Part shown: positions 62,696 to 64,000 of the stretch, in pieces
How the letters are laid out: every line of letters begins with the position of its first letter
Position numbering within the stretch: position 1 is the stretch's first letter
Assembly: GCA_963667785.2 (NCBI GenBank)
Contig: CAXXMU010000006.1
Span: 1 to 64,000, forward strand
DNA: 64,000 nucleotides
Direction of reading: 5' to 3'
From: Alphaproteobacteria bacterium
Lineage (GTDB): Bacteria; Pseudomonadota; Alphaproteobacteria; UBA828
The notes under the pieces: model-generated
Databases searched by the model: none
What the model saw: only the letters and a program-made list of their open reading frames with translations
Told to the model about the DNA's origin: nothing
Program-made: the position numbers and the translations under genes

Positions 62696-64000
62696 AGCCT
62701 CGCCGCGCGCGCCGCCTCCAGGGCGATCGCCCGCGCCTCCTCCTTCAGCCCGACCGAGACGAGGGCGGAGACGACCGTCTCGACGGCCGCAAGACCGGCA
62801 CGATCGGGGCCGCTCTCGCCCAGCAGCAGCAAAGCCATCAGAACGGTCTCGCCGAGCCGCCCCTCCCCAGCCGCCTCGCGCAAGGCCCGGTCGAGCACGG
62901 GGGCCGGCTCCCACGCGCCCTGCTCGACCTCGTAGGAGAGCGCGCGATCCCATATCTCCGGCTCGATCGGGGTCTCCAGCGCGTCGAGCAGAAGCAACAG
63001 CAGGTTCATCTGATCGATCAGGAAATCGGGGTCGCTGTCCTGCTCCCGGAACGCGAGCCACGCGTCGAAATCGGCCGCCGTCGGCGCTTCCGCATCGCCG
63101 CTCAGAAGCAGCGTCGGCCAGAGCTGCAGCGCGGCGCGCGCCGCCTCGGCATCGCGCGGCGCCTGCGCGCGAGCCAGCGCGTACCAGGCCGACGCCGCGT
63201 CCCCGTCGCCGGCCGCCATCAGGACGCGCCCGGCGACGCCGCTGAACCAGCCGTGCTCCGGCGCCGGCGGGATCGTCCGCACCAGGTCGGCGAGCGCGTG
63301 CGCCATGAGCGTCTCGGCGGCCTGTTCCCTGACTATGCCGATCGCGGCCGCCACCAGCTCCGCCCGCAGCGTGGGAACCGTCTGCGCCTCGACCGCCTGC
63401 AGCAGGAGGGCGCGGAGAAGCGGCGTCTCCAGTCCCACCCCCTGACTCAGCGGCTCGGCGCGCTCCTCCGGGGAGAACACCATCTCCCGATAGAGCCCGC
63501 GCAGGGTCTCGATGGGGAGCACGCCGGTGGCCCAGGCGCGTTCCGCCGCCAGCAGCCGGACCGCGGGCGAGACTTCCGGCGCACCGGCAATGGCCGGCAG
63601 CACGTCCGGCGCGGCCGCCGACACCGCCTCCGCGGGGATCGGGAACTGCGCCAGCCGCCACGCGGCGACCCGCAGGGGAGTGGGCTCCTCGAGCCCTTCC
63701 AGAACCGGCTCCGCCAGCCCCGCCATGGCGTAGATCGTCTCGTCGAACGGGTCATCGGGCGCCGCGTCGGATTCGTGCAGGAGCTCGAGGCCGAGCATCG
63801 CCGCCTCGATCAGCCCGCCCTGCGCGTGGCAGAGAATGCGCACGCGGCGCCAATAGCCGTCGCCGGCGGCGCTCGCCTTGCCGCGTGCCTGCTCGCAGGC
63901 CGATTCGAAGTCGAGCGACGCCAGATGGCGATCGCTTCCGATCCGCGCGATAGCCTCCTTGCCGCCGGGCGGGCCGGCCGTCTCCAGCAGGGCGATGGCA
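62692..64000 (-). CDS. Conserved hypothetical alpha-helical protein upstream of xerD (5' end outside the window)
   Basis: Long frame with strong coding character, ending GRLGETVLMAL...VGLKEEARAIALEA; translationally coupled to xerD. Confidence 0.75.
   Translation of the reverse strand, partial: AIALLETAGPPGGKEAIARIGSDRHLASLDFESACEQARGKASAAGDGYWRRVRILCHAQGGLIEAAMLGLELLHESDAAPDDPFDETIYAMAGLAEPVLEGLEEPTPLRVAAWRLAQFPIPAEAVSAAAPDVLPAIAGAPEVSPAVRLLAAERAWATGVLPIETLRGLYREMVFSPEERAEPLSQGVGLETPLLRALLLQAVEAQTVPTLRAELVAAAIGIVREQAAETLMAHALADLVRTIPPAPEHGWFSGVAGRVLMAAGDGDAASAWYALARAQAPRDAEAARAALQLWPTLLLSGDAEAPTAADFDAWLAFREQDSDPDFLIDQMNLLLLLLDALETPIEPEIWDRALSYEVEQGAWEPAPVLDRALREAAGEGRLGETVLMALLLLGESGPDRAGLAAVETVVSALVSVGLKEEARAIALEAARAARL

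Overview
High-GC bacterial DNA, very probably alphaproteobacterial. This is inferred from the eno-ftsB-pdhABC-lpdA-lipA-ratA, gph/glmU-glmS and xerD-motAB-like-rpmE gene orders and the zinc-free L31. The left 23 kb looks like the right part of an integrated genomic island. It holds a Type I restriction-modification operon (hsdM-hsdS-hsdR, with several single-base indels), a 15-kb uncharacterised sugar/uronate catabolic cluster (CoA-transferase, MaoC, GH88, ABC importer, two-subunit GMC oxidoreductase, PfpI, cysteine hydrolase, GntR, Gci-like enolase, PfkB kinase) and a deletion-scarred second ABC system. It also holds a truncated phage-type replication initiator with iteron-like dyads and ends at an att-like site resembling a tRNA 3' end (about 23072). 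A higBA module follows, and then mostly housekeeping genes. Accessory pieces within the housekeeping region are an 861-aa surface lipoprotein (four 78-aa repeats, a zincin protease domain and a TbpB-like barrel), two families of palindromic intergenic repeats, an orphan Mu gp27-like gene followed by 10-bp phased repeats, and a non-flagellar MotA/MotB-like pair. No complete tRNA, rRNA or CRISPR array was seen. Most indels lie in short homopolymers, so many may be sequencing errors. All family calls come from recognising motifs by eye, not from database searches.
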